In this document: piece by piece, positions 13,901 to 26,142 of the stretch
Layout: each line of letters opens with the position of its first letter
Numbering within the stretch: the first letter of the stretch is position 1
Assembly (NCBI RefSeq): GCF_964204645.1
Contig: NC_134028.1
Coordinates: forward strand, 7,564,001 to 7,628,000
Origin: Tubulanus polymorphus
Lineage: Eukaryota > Animalia > Nemertea
Reading direction: 5' to 3'
Length of the DNA: 64,000 bases
Translations under genes and position numbers: made by a program
The notes under the pieces: generated by a model
Database searches by the model: none
What the model saw: only the letters and a program-made list of their open reading frames with translations
What the model was told of the DNA's origin: nothing

Positions 13901-16900
13901 TTCAGACCGACGGTGAAGCTACGTCACAATTGAGGAAGATTTAATTAGTACGGTTGCTTTTTATAAAACAGCAAATCGAACCATCAGCACTATACGGGAA
14001 TAAACGTTGAATGATTGTATTGAGTAGCGCATTGAAATCGTGTTCATGTGATCAAACACAGCTGAAACCTAGAGAATTAATAAAGAAGCATGTTAATGAT
14101 AGGAACAATCCGTATGATTTCGATCTTCAATCGCAAAGTTTACAAAGCTGCGTATTGAGCGCCGACCTCATATTACCGTATATCTGTCATATGTATATCG
14201 GTATATTTGTAATATGTTTTCACCCGTGAAAGAGAATCGATTTACAATCGTTATCGTTGATCGCTATAGAGAGGAAACCAGATCGAAGATTTTCTAATAT
14301 ATATATATATATATATATGTTTTTAACAAGCACATACATGAAGTTGATATCGAATGATGATTTTTTTCATTTGATATATGTGGATAAACACGTTGAGATT
14401 ATTTCTAACGTCATATAGTCATAATATAAAGTTTTGTGTTGTGTATACCATGTCCATGTTCACGTTATACTAAAATATTGAAATACATAACGACACATTA
14501 CCAAATGGGCCGATTTTTACGCCGTAAAAACCGTTACAATAATATCTCTATGCATTGATACCGACAATGCGTTATTTAAGGTTCTGTGTGAGTCGATGTC
14601 ACTATTTCATCGATATTGCCGCTTCAAAATAACGATAATTGTGAATTTTGGCGTTTATTTTGTAATTAGATCTGTAATTAGAATTAGATAACTCCTTTAT
14701 TTTTGATAAATTTTGATAAATATCTTTTGATAGGATGTGCACCACATTTTCAATAGATTGGGCTAGACTGGTTGTCAGTCAATTCAAATCAATTATCGAT
14801 ATATTCAAATCAAAAATAACTTCATGATCCTTATGATTTTTAATATATCATTTATTGTCGACAATATCAAGTAATGTATGTGTTATCTTTCAGGGCATCA
14901 ATAAACCTTCAAGTTAGTTTTCTTGTTCAATACGACAACAGCTTTTTTACGAAAGCGCAATCCGTTTCTATCGGAACTTAAATCATGATCCCTCCTGGTA
15001 TCGCCATTTTTTCTATGTGGAATCTACTAGATATCCAGTGATTTTACTTAATATATTATATGCATTTTCAGGTAGAAGTCTAGCATCTCTAAGCGCCGGT
15101 TTGGTAAGAAATCATTTCTAGATATTTCTTGATAACGCATACAAAATTGACCCCCCAAAAATTAAATGCATTCGTATCAGGAATCAAATAGTTTTAGAAT
15201 ATGGCTTGTGTCAGACACATTCTATCAATTCTAGAATTACGATGAAACCAAACTGCTTGAAGCGGCATCATTGGGAGATGTGGTTACGGTACAGAAGCTG
15301 TTGGATCAAGGGGTCAAAGCCTCAATCAAAGACTCGTTGGATCGGACTCCATTACTGGGAGCCGTCGCTAAAAATAACCAACAGGTACTGTTCGATCTTG
15401 AGAATCCTTGGAATGATTGGATAATTCAAAGGATATATGTGAATTTGATTCAATTGTGGTGAAATTTATACGGTAATTTTAAAATCTGAATGAAAAATTA
15501 TTTCTGGGGATTTTGTCAAATCTTAACCCCTGTCTTGCTCGAATGCAATGAAGAATTTTCAAATCAAAGTCACGCGAAATTTTGTTTCTTTTTCAAACAA
15601 AGATGATCGAAATCCTGACCCCAAAATGCGACACGCTAGATTTCTATGAGGCTTTGATGTCGGCTATTAGACAGGGAAAGGCAGCAATCGCCTGCTACCT
15701 GGTGAACAGCCCCCGATACGACGAATGTATGGCTGAAGTTCGCAAACGTATCGCCACCGGCCACGAGGTGTTGCGTAACAAAAATGACCACAAATCTAGG
15801 AGACCACTACAAAACGGCATGAACTCGAAACTAGGCTCTAGAAAAGATGCGTACAGCGTTACACTGGCTACGAACGCTTCCCCGATAGTATTAGCCGCTC
15901 AAATGAACTTGTTCGAAGTCGTAAAAACCTTGCTGGATAAAGGAGAACGGATAGAAATGCCGGATAATGCTTCGGCAACGGCGACCGGTATGGACCCGTA
16001 TTACGTGGCAAAAACCCGACTCGAGACTTATCGAGGCTTAACCAGCGAGGCGTACGTATCACTAGCTAACACCGACCCGATCAGAACCGCCATGGAGTTG
16101 GGGCAGTCACTTCGACAGAACGCGAATATCGAGCGTTATTTTAGCGTAAGTATAATGGCATAAGATTGCAAGAGCATATGCCGTAGCAATTCAAGTTGGA
16201 GCCCTCTTTCCACAAGCGCTGTAAAAGGTTAAGTGAGATTTCACGAGGACTCGCGTAGATGTTTCAATCACTCCCGTGCGAATAGGGCTTACTTAAGTCC
16301 CATAAATACAGCGAGACGAATATATAGTATAAGTATATAAGTATATATTTATTACTCATCACAGTTGTACAAACTGGTCTGATGGGAAACAAAATCTTAC
16401 AATAGTTTTACAGATGGCAGTCTACAGAAGGAATATAGTAATTCATCGGTTATTTGACGTACGAGCTTTCGCTACCGATGTATAATAGCTTCATCACGTG
16501 AATGAGAGGTCCATGTGAATGTTTCAAATCGTTCCCCTCCCACGACGTGTGTGAGGGTAATTTCATTAACGTCCCCAGGATCAGCAATATAATTTGTGTG
16601 AACATCTAACTTTAGGAGGAATATAACGAATTGGCGGATGCTTTAAGTTCGTATTTGGTCAAACTAATGGATCACGTCAGAAACACGAGAGAACTGGATA
16701 CGATCATAAATCATACGGTGGACGGAACTGAAGATAAATTCGCTACTCTAAAAGTAGCCGTCGACTACGGAGAAATGAAGGTACGTAAATTACAATTCAA
16801 AGTAAATATCAACTTGAAATTACGTTGCACTCGAAACGCTACATTCCTTGGTAACCACGCGTACGGAATGGGAATGCGATGATTTATTCAATGCTATTCG

Positions 16901-19900
16901 AATCGTTAATATTTGGAATTAACTCGAAAATTGATTACGCAATCAATTAATCGCTTTTGATTGTCGGAGACTTATTCAAGTTATGAGTAAGCATACTCAT
17001 TTCAATAACCACCCAACAATTTCCAATGTAGTTGTAGTTATATCTATTTTGAATATATTGCAAATAATGGCTAATTCTACGGAACCGTCTTGGGGATATT
17101 ATTATTATCTATTATCATATTCTAAATTCGTTTCCGAGTTAGTTGCTCAGAACAAAAATAAAAATCTGAATGAATATATTCTATCTTTTCCGATTCAACT
17201 CCGTGTTAGTAGCTGAAAAAGAACTCAGAATGAAATTTAAAACATAAGAAATCTATGAAAAATGAAAAATAATTACTCTGAGTTACTGGTGAAATCTAAA
17301 AACTGTCAATGTCCCCTGGACACTTCGGTATAAATTACTTCACTTATCAATACATTCATTTCATCGTCGGTGGAGCTGACTGCTTTGGTTTATTCTGTAG
17401 TTCATATCACATCCGGCTTGTCAACAGGAGCTAGAAATGCAATGGTACGGTCCGTTACTGAATCAATCGAATTCAATCTTCAAAGTCATGTTGTTCTGGA
17501 TAGGATACTGCGCGGTATACCCAATACTAAGCCTTATCTATATCATCTGTCCACATTCAAAGGTCAGTATTGTAACCAGAATGAAGTATCTTATGTTTTT
17601 TGACGACGTGCAAACAGTAACAATGCGTTCCTTAATTGTCCCCAGCGAAAGGGTTAGGGGTTCTGTGTGAGTTGATGTGCCTTACGTCATAAATATTGTG
17701 TGGCGTTTAGAATTTAGCCTTTCGAAATATTGTGAATTCTGCCGTTTAATTGGTAACTAGATATAATTCATAACTCTTATTCCATGTTTGATAAATTTTG
17801 ATAATCATTTATGTGTTGAGGATGTGCACTACGTCATCAATATATCGGGGCTAGACAGGTTGCCGGTCAATTCAATTCAATTATCGATATATTCAAATCA
17901 AAATAAAAACTTGATTGATCCTGGCTTGATATCATATCATATGTATCAAAGTATATTGTTCATTGTCGACAATATCAAGCAATGTATGTGTTATTTTTTA
18001 AGACATCAATAAACCTTCAAGTAAGTTTTACGGTTTTTTTTCTGTCAGCTGGTTGGATTTTCTGATGATGATAAGTGTTTGTGAATTCATCTTTTTTCTT
18101 ACAGATTGAGACGTTCATGAGAATACCATACGTGAAATTCGTCGGCCACGTATTCATGTATTTCGTGCTGATCATCATGATAACTCAGGTCACCTCGACA
18201 CTAGAGGGCACCGTAGGTTATCTACAAGCTCACCCAGAATTTGGAATCCTTTACGAATATTTCGCCAACTACAGTCACAAATATGCAATGGACATCGGTG
18301 ACCGTTTGGTGATTCGCGGAATCAAATTTTCTGCTTTACAAATCATGATTATACTATGGATTTTAGGTAATTGTGAGGAACTGCTGATAATATTCATGTT
18401 GATGCACTATTTTCAGATTTGAGAACGGAGTAAAATTATTTTTAATTCCGCGGTGGAAATTTAAGCTCCACGCAATGACGACGAACCGAAATGTATAGAC
18501 CGTCAGTTTCGAGATTGTGGCGCTACTAAAGACCTGACTCTAAGAGGATGAACTGCCGTACTAAGTGCTAATTAATCAAAAACAGCCTTCTGTCCCCTGA
18601 TTGACTATCGCCGAAATTTTTCAGGATTGTTTTGGCAAGAAGTGAAACAAATCTACAAGAATGGGTTCAAATTGCATTTCTCCGAAACTCAAAATAATCT
18701 AGATTTCATACTTATTTCACTGTACACTGCCGCATTCACTTTGTACGGAGTTGTCTACGTAAAGGTAAAATGAAGCTTGGGCATTTATGTCTCTGAGTTA
18801 ACATATCTTTATTCAAAATCGTTTTATTTCAAATAACAAGTAACACGATGACTTATGAAGGCTTATACAAACTTTTATCGCAATATGATAAGCTATATGC
18901 AAAATCTAATATTGAACTTTGGTTCATACGAATTATTCATAAATCATCGCAATTCTCGTTTCATTCTCTTATCTTCTTTTTCACATCTAGCGTTATTACG
19001 CGTTGGAATATTTTGAGGATGGCAAGGATACCGCTTGGACGAATCTCGTAACGAACGATCCAGTCGCAATGTACAATTATTACTTTCTCATCGGCGGTAC
19101 GTAAGAATTGATTCTAAGAATAAATCCTTAGAACCAATTGAACGTAATAGGTCTTTTTCGGTTCCAAAACCCGGACACCACCGGTTTTAAAACTCGGTGC
19201 CCATCGTGCGCCAATCATCTCAAACCTTGAAAAATTCAAGACACTTCTGTATTTGCAGATCGAATGGTTTGGGAAGCAAGCGACCCGTTCGTTGTGTACG
19301 AGTGTATATTTTCCGCCGCTAATTTCATGACATTCGGGCGCATCTCGGCTTTTCTACCGGCCAGTAACGTGCTGGGTCCTCTACAAATCGGCATCTACAA
19401 AATTATGAAAGTAAGGCGTCGGAAACATTATCGATATCTTTCAGAAGAATCGAAAAAAAAATCGAATACGCATAAGAATTGTGAACGGCCAGTGAATCGT
19501 CATATTAGATGTATTCCGCATGTGCATAAGAAGTTTTTAGCCAGAAATGACCAACCAAACTTGAACAGAGTTCTTACCAAACGACCGTTTAATTTTTTGA
19601 TCATTAGGATGTGCTGAAGTTCCTGTTTATTTTGAGTATCATGTTGACGCCTTTCTGGGTGGCATTAGTCAACACTTACTGGTACTACAATCAGGGAACT
19701 CTGCGTAATTCAAGTATGTTTGATGAATACGGAGCCTTAACTGGAAAAGTTACTGCTGGCATTCATTTTACCACGTGAGTACCCAGCTCTGTAGATATAT
19801 CTCCGCATATCATTATGTCCGTTAGAACGAACATTCGTAGCTATTGTAAACCCTAAATATTCATTGCCACAATTTGAATTTATGGCTATTTCGTTTCCTC

Positions 19901-22900
19901 CATTATGAATGTATAGACCCGTTTATAATCATGAAATATTGACGGATTTTCACCCGTATCTGTGGACCTGTTCAAATATACGAGAAAGGATCAATACAAG
20001 ATTTGCAAATAATTAAAAAAAGCAAATCAACATTTGTCATTCATTTCTATACAGCGTTAATCTTGGCGTTCGGCTCCAGTTTCATGTTGGTTCACAGTTT
20101 ATCGCTCAACAAGATGATATGCACAAAGAGCGCAGAACAATGAACTGTATCGTGTAAGATGAAACTATTTCATAGCCTACGAAAAATGATACACCACAGT
20201 ATTAATGACTTAATATTCCCAAATTTAAGTTACTTCAAACTTGGATTAGCTAATTGATAATACACTGATGCCGGGACGGACCCGAATTCCCAGTTGTCTA
20301 TTTCAAATTGTCATCGGTGGAAATTACCCAACGTGAAAATCATACTAGCGATATGTATGTAGATCGTACACCTGTCTGGCGCCCTTGATATAGTTCTTTT
20401 ATGTTTACGAACATATGCTCAAATGGAAAGCACCGGCTTGCCTGTTCCTGGCGACAAAAAAAATGTTGCTTCGTCGATTTTCACGAAAATCGAAACTCAC
20501 TACCGCATTGTAATGGCATTATTCGATATTCATCGCATATTCAATCATGTTATGAGAATTGAAAGTGATTAAAAATGATTTAGGATTATTTCAATAACCG
20601 CCGTGTTGTAAGGAAGATGCATTACAACCATTGGTGAAACGCTATTTCCGTGTTGTGACGATATATAGAGAATTTCCGGCATCGCATCAAACATTTATTC
20701 AAAAATAAAATCTTTCCTCAAACAGCCGATATTGTAACAATAAACCATTTAAATCAATTATGTGTACATATTCAGTATGTATATTTCTTTTCTGTGAAAT
20801 GAATGAACTTGAACTTGATGTGGCCTATCAAAGCGACATCAAACAAAGGAGAAGTACATGTAACTTGATCAGCGTTTACTTTGTCTTTGAAAATATAATG
20901 TTGATTAAGATACAAAACATTCAAATTAAATTCAGTTATTCAGGAGGAGTTAATAAGTGCGTTTCCATAATTGCAGCCTTAACCGTAGCGTCGAATATGA
21001 GCAACTAGTCTGATATGGCTTATGTCGAACGGATATGACGGCAACTGGCGGCCTATCGTAGGTCATTAGTTCCGCAAATCGCGATAAACCCAGTTGCGTG
21101 GGGTCGTAGGTCGACATAGCCGGGCTCAGTTGCTGGAAATCGATCTGAGCCGGACTACGATCGCGTTCATCTCATGCCATCGATTGATCCGCCGCGTGCT
21201 CTGTAACAGATCGTATCGTTTGCAACGTTCGAAACACAGAAACAAAAATTGTTTCGTTGAAAAACAAAAACTTTGTGCGTTGCATTTTAATAGAACAATC
21301 TTATATTAGTATTGTGAGAAACTTAACGACATTCTTTGAAATGGGCCCCGTGTCTGTAAATGGACTAATGACCTCAATCACTAAAGATGGTCGTAATTAC
21401 TTGCAGAATGTCTGAATGTATGCATACGTTATTCTGGTCAATGTTCGGTTACGCCGACGGCTCGTACACTTCCATAGAACCGTTCAATCAACCGGTGACC
21501 TACTGGGCTGGTTCGATTCTCTTCGGTGGCTATCACATCATCGTCGTGATAGTCTGTGTTAACTTACTCATCGCTCTTATGACCAGAACATTTGATGCAG
21601 TATCCGTAAGTAAAAACATCCACTTATCATGCTCTTATAATTGGTTACGTCATACCGTGAATGCTCTCCGATTTAAAGATTAAAACCCACTATCTACAGA
21701 TTAAAAGAATTTTTCAGGTGTGCGACCTGACGATGATCTCAAGGGTGAGATCGAAACGTCGTGTTTATTATATATTTTAGATTGTTCAAATAAATAAGTT
21801 CTTGATTTTAAATTCTTTTAATCTGTAGATAGTGGGTTTTAGTCTTTTTATCCGTTCACCACGTTTGAGTGTGGTCATCGTACTGCTCTCCGATTTACTG
21901 CCGATTTAGTTGGATTTTATTGACGATCAAAATTTCATTTTCAGATATATATTTCATCAAATTAGATATCAAATTTATTTAATTCGATTAGAAAACGAGA
22001 ACTATATGTATAACTAATGAATGAAATTACAATTCCACCTAATGATTATATTCTTATATCTGTCTTTGAAGGAACACGAGGACGTCGAATGGAAATACGC
22101 TAGAACCAGGCTTTTCCTGGAATATATCGAAGAGGGGCGCACCCTGGCGGCACCGTTCAACCTAATACCGTCCGTAAAATCGATTTATAAATTGATGAAA
22201 GATCCGTTCAAGTATTGTAGAAGGAAAGAACAAAAGGATTTGCATATGGTATATCAGAATCATGAATATTTTAGATAATTTAGTTATGCTGTAGCATTTA
22301 TTCAGGTCATTTTTTTAAAGCGTCCCCGCCGATTTCTTGGTTAGATTTAAGAATTATTCAAAAACGTTAATACCAGCTACAATTTTTTCATTTCATTGGT
22401 CGGTCTGTATTTGAATAATGATGTTTGTTTCTTTAACGTTGTAGTCGAATGTTGTTATTAAACTGGGGATGGTCCACGGTCGATTCTATCCGAATAGAGC
22501 AGTAAATAACGGCCCGATAGATGGCATACCTGATGAGGAAATGTCAGACGCCGACAATCAGAAAACTGCTTACGAGGTATTTAGTGACATCGTGAAATAG
22601 ACGTGTAAAAAAAACAGTCGAACTTCGGCGTTAGTACGATGTCCGTGGTAATATGAAAAATCATCCGACTAACTGAATTTCGTATTTAACATTTAATAAA
22701 AAAGATTCTGTAACTACGCATCTGAAGAGACACCCCATAGAGAAGTTTATTGCACGCTTGGCAAATGCGCAATAAGGAGAGATCATATTCATTAAAGTCT
22801 CATTTTGATTTTGTCAATATGTGAACATTCTATTCAAATGTCAAATCGGCTCTGTTCAGTCGATGGGTTAAGTTCCTGATGAGTGAGTTTTTTAATGCGT

Positions 22901-23365
22901 CATAATGGACCATCGTACTAGGCGCGTTTATTTACTATAGAAATGAATAGGAGAGATCGTAAAATGTTACACTGTATTATCGGGAGTTTCGTATCAACGT
23001 GATCGTACTAAGTAAACATGTTTTGTAACAAAATGCTATAAGAAAAGCCGTGAATTCTTAAATTCATCGCATTACCTAGGTTCTCGTTGTAAATCGTACT
23101 AACCAGGTTTGACTGTATTTCAGAGGATACTTTCAGCAGGGATATTTTTTCCCTACGTCCTTTTATAAATACCATCTGTCATTTTTCCTGGCCTGTTTGC
23201 TAAGCTTGGACCCTTTCTACGTTGTTAAATGTTTTCGAGTGAAAGTTGATGGAAGCTTTGAGTAATGCTGGATACTTTTGCGACATTTTTCAGGCAGTTA
23301 TTATAGAAATCATCGATCGATTGATCGACGCAACGTTGGACGATCAAGAGGAGAATAAACAATAA
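10959..23365 (+). CDS. TRPC-family (canonical TRP) cation channel, paralog A, ~835 aa, 15 exons
   Basis: Exons 10959-11007 (least certain), 15072-15103, 15235-15384, 15603-16145, 16616-16780, 17401-17562, 18105-18366, 18625-18764, 18991-19096, 19259-19410, 19608-19774, 21407-21605, 22072-22248, 22445-22576, 23294-23365. All are GT-AG and phase-consistent. Motifs: ankyrin repeats, [42 protein letters not shown], pore TLFWSMFG, S6 [10 protein letters not shown] box EWKYAR, PFNLIPS. Confidence 0.93.
11043..11367. mobile_element. hAT-like non-autonomous DNA transposon remnant (CAGGGGCAGATCTAG...CTGGATCCGCGCCTG)
   Basis: Imperfect CAGGGGCGGATCCAG-type TIRs. A related element lies at 13382-13691. 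No clean 8-bp TSD is visible. Confidence 0.5.
12640..12915 (-). repeat. Interspersed repeat family R1 (inverted copy)
   Basis: Its reverse complement aligns closely with 7820-8100. Confidence 0.8.
13382..13691. mobile_element. hAT-like non-autonomous element remnant
   Basis: CAGGGGTAGATCAAGGG...CCCCCTGGATCCACCATACTG ends, similar to 11043-11367. Confidence 0.45.
14760..14925 (+). repeat. ~165-bp interspersed repeat, family R2
   Basis: GGGCTAGAC...CAATTATCGATATATTCAAATCAAAATAA...TTGTCGACAATATCAAG...CATCAATAAACCTTCAAGT. Further copies at 17847-18030 and ~35738-35850. Confidence 0.8.
16304..16507 (-). mobile_element. Penelope-like hammerhead-containing insertion, family 2 (copy 2, degenerate)
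   Basis: The reverse complement of 16448-16507 reads CTCATTCAC-GTGATGA-A-GCTATTATACATCGGTAGC-GAAA-GCTC-GTACGTCAAATAA. The family flank AAATACAGCGAGACGA is at 16304. Confidence 0.55.
17847..18030 (+). repeat. Interspersed repeat family R2
   Basis: Aligns with 14760-14925. Confidence 0.8.
21676..21883 (+). mobile_element. Penelope-like retro-insertion, family 1, with 5' inversion, minimal hammerhead motif and 14-bp TSD
   Basis: TSD TGCTCTCCGATTTA at 21662-21675 and 21884-21897. A ~37-bp inverted repeat (21676-21712 vs ~21810-21846). The 3' end TATCCGTTCACCACGTTTGAGTGTGGTCATCGT is shared with 28154-28359. Confidence 0.8.
21722..21764 (+). ncRNA. Minimal type I hammerhead ribozyme motif
   Basis: CTGACGA (21727-33), extra T, stem II GATCTCA-AGGG-TGAGATC, GAAA, CG, TC (GUC cleavage triplet), GTGT. 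Stem III is reduced to the palindrome ACGT. Confidence 0.7.
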
Positions 23366-23544
23366 CACACTGGTTTTCGTCGGATTTTTTCCATTAGACC
23401 CGTTTGACGCGCGCAGGAATTCAAACAGAAGTGTATGTATAACGAAGAACACTGTAAAAAAAAGAAGGAATAGTGTTTCGTAAACAGCCGAGTATTTTTA
23501 TTTGGATCCAATTACGTAGTTGCAAAGATTTCGAAGATCTTAGT

Positions 23545-23724
23545 ATGAATACAACGAGAGGAGTAGTACTTTAAAGGTTAGCCATGTTATTTTACGCACG
23601 AGCTTTTGCTTGAAGCTACTAACATTTGTAGCGAAATTATTAGTCAAATAAAATTGCTAACATATATGGTACTACTTGTCTCGTTGTATTCATTCTACAC
23701 GCGGTTAACATGGCTCATCTACGA
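23545..23724 (+). mobile_element. Penelope-like insertion, family 2 (copy 3, degenerate), downstream of TRPC-A
   Basis: Inverted arms GAATACAACGAGA.../...TCTCGTTGTATTC. 3' end GGTTAACATGGCTCATCTACGAA. Degenerate TSD CGAAGATCTTAGT (23532-44) / CGAACATCTAAGT (23722-34). Confidence 0.6.
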
Positions 23725-24531
23725 ACATCTAAGTGAAGTCGGAAACGGCTCCCCGATTTTGAAGATGTTTCTTCAATCTTGAAAACAGGGTATCTCCCCT
23801 TATGGTACAGCCCCCGGCTTGGAGATGTCCTTTTCTCGAATTGTAGTTATGTGTGTATATTGATTATTTGTTATTATATAAAGAGAATAAAGCATTCATT
23901 CATTCATTCATTCATTCATTCAAAACTGATTACAATAGTTCGTACTTTAAAAAGTCAAATGATCATTTCTTACTAAGGTAAACCAGTGAACACGTCACAG
24001 CGATATGAACCCACCAACAGTAAACTGAAAATATCATCCTGTGGCTGCACAGTAGTCTATTTTGTAATTTCAGGTATAATTTCACATCAAGTATTGCGCT
24101 ACTGAAATATGATAGCGCCATGATATCAGTAAAATATTACCGTTCTCTCCCTATTCTAAACATTTTCTCTTGCAGATGGCGTGAAACTGTCCATTGATGT
24201 CACATGCAGTTTTCTAAAATTAAGAATCGAATGCTGTGGGATTTAAAAGACTTTTTTATATTTTTCGAAGTGCCTCACTCGAACATACCCATTTTGTTCT
24301 ATATATTTTGTTAGATATGTATACGTATACATAAATAAATGGTTTGTGAAAAATTCTGTGATAGATTGATATTTCATTTTCGTTAGTTTGTTAATTTTGA
24401 GGAGGACGCAGTTTCTGAGTTTCAATGGTACGAAAGTACACATAACTTCTGCAATGAGGATTATTTTGCTTTCGAATAGTTTTGCTGTGAACAAAACGAA
24501 TAACAAAAATTATCACACGCAATAAAATAAC

Positions 24532-24690
24532 TACAGTAGAATCCGCATAATTCGGATCGTCCGGTACCTAAAAATGTATCCAGTTTAAAAAGTCATTTTC
24601 TTGTATATTAAGTTACCAATGACCGAAAGTAAGATCAGGATTTGACCATAATCCGGTTTAAGCCGATCCGGATTAAGTAGGTTTGACTGT
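24532..24690. mobile_element. Tc1/pogo-like MITE (TACAGTAGAATCC...GGTTTGACTGT)
   Basis: CAGT-type imperfect TIRs with internal ATCCGG repeats. A related right end (GGTTTGACTGTA) lies at ~23106-23117. Confidence 0.45.
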
Positions 24691-26142
24691 TACTCTTTTT
24701 GACACATTATACATGTGAAGTTATACGTCAGACGCATTGGTAGATACGTACAAATTCCATACAAAAGATATATTTATGATCAACGCTCATATTCTTAATA
24801 CCGGTTAGCTTGATTACGATAAATAAACAAGGACTCAATTCGTGAAAAAGGTTATCAATTACAAAGTATTTCGAATGGGACCACTACTGGATTTTTGTCA
24901 TTCTACAATTTTCACCGCATGGAACTGCTGACTCAAAACAAACACTTACAAGCTGTAGTGTTTAACATTTACTGTATCGCCGTTGTGTTCACGTATTGCT
25001 TTTAACTAATGTTTTATGAATTTCAAATTCGGCTTCAACAACAATTTGAGCGTCATGGCTCGCGTCATACATATATAATTTGAACTGAGTAATTGCAGTA
25101 ATTGCAAATTGCAGTAATACAGCATGATGAACGGATATCAGAATTTGATGAAAAAATGGAAGCATTTAAGCGCGAATTTGAGTGCTTCTTCGCAATCAGG
25201 TCAGTAAATATTCATCGAAAGCTATACATCGAATTTCAAAAATATCATTTTAAACGTAAACGTCTACTAACAGTATTTCCTAATTAGAATCGTACAAAGA
25301 TGTTGGTAATTTTCTTTTTATGTCGGGAAAATTATATTTGAGCAGGTGAAATTATATTTCGTTTCATTAAGTGATAATCAGACAAGTGGCTTCATTTCGC
25401 ATTGATGTGTATACCCTATACGCACCAAAAACACGTAGGCTTTGAACAGGTGGGCAAACGCTGGTGAATAACTCTGCCTGCTGGGTGTTGTTCACGTTGA
25501 TATCGTTCCCTATCATATCATTATCCGAAGCTTCTCGTCTGAATCTTGTTTGAACAAGAGCATAGAATTATTTTCTCTTTCTCCCCCCTCCCTCTCTCCC
25601 TCTCTGTTTTCATTAGTATTATTTTCATACATGCAGCACTAGTTTTTTAACAAAAATAAATTTGAAATGAATTAGAAATACATTCTATGCTCTGTTTATG
25701 AAGCAGTAAATTACGTTTGAGTTTAACACTCCCAGGAGTACTTCCCTCTCCAATAGGAAACACAATTACTTTTCTGAAAAAAACTGATTTTTCTGGACAT
25801 TCTCATTTCTAAAACAGTCGCTTTTAGTAGCTTTGACATTGCTGATTGGTTTTTACTGCAATTTTCTGAAATATTAACGATGATGCTGATCGAATGTGTT
25901 TTGCTGATAATGGAGTTTTAGACACTGAATGGATTTTGTGACACCATTTATCACCAATAAGCTATAGCAAATATAACCTCATCACAAACAGCACAGTCAG
26001 TGGTCGGTTACTCACTAAATACTAAATAACCAGGTCGACGAGTGTAAACTAGTGTTTAGATATACCGTAGGCCAATTTTATGGAATAATATTTACTTAAA
26101 TGGTTGGCCTAAAAACAATTTTAGAGTCCATGCTTAAACCAA

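Noticed and set aside
22530-22545. CTGATGA hammerhead-like core
   Set aside because: It lies inside a TRPC-A coding exon, with no stem II or correctly placed GAAA.
25102-25287. Heptad-like ORF (QHDERISEFDEKMEAFKREFE) as the missing TRPC-A coiled-coil exon
   Set aside because: TRPC-A has an in-frame stop at 23365 with no suitable donor before it, paralog B ends at the same place, and there is no TRPC similarity.
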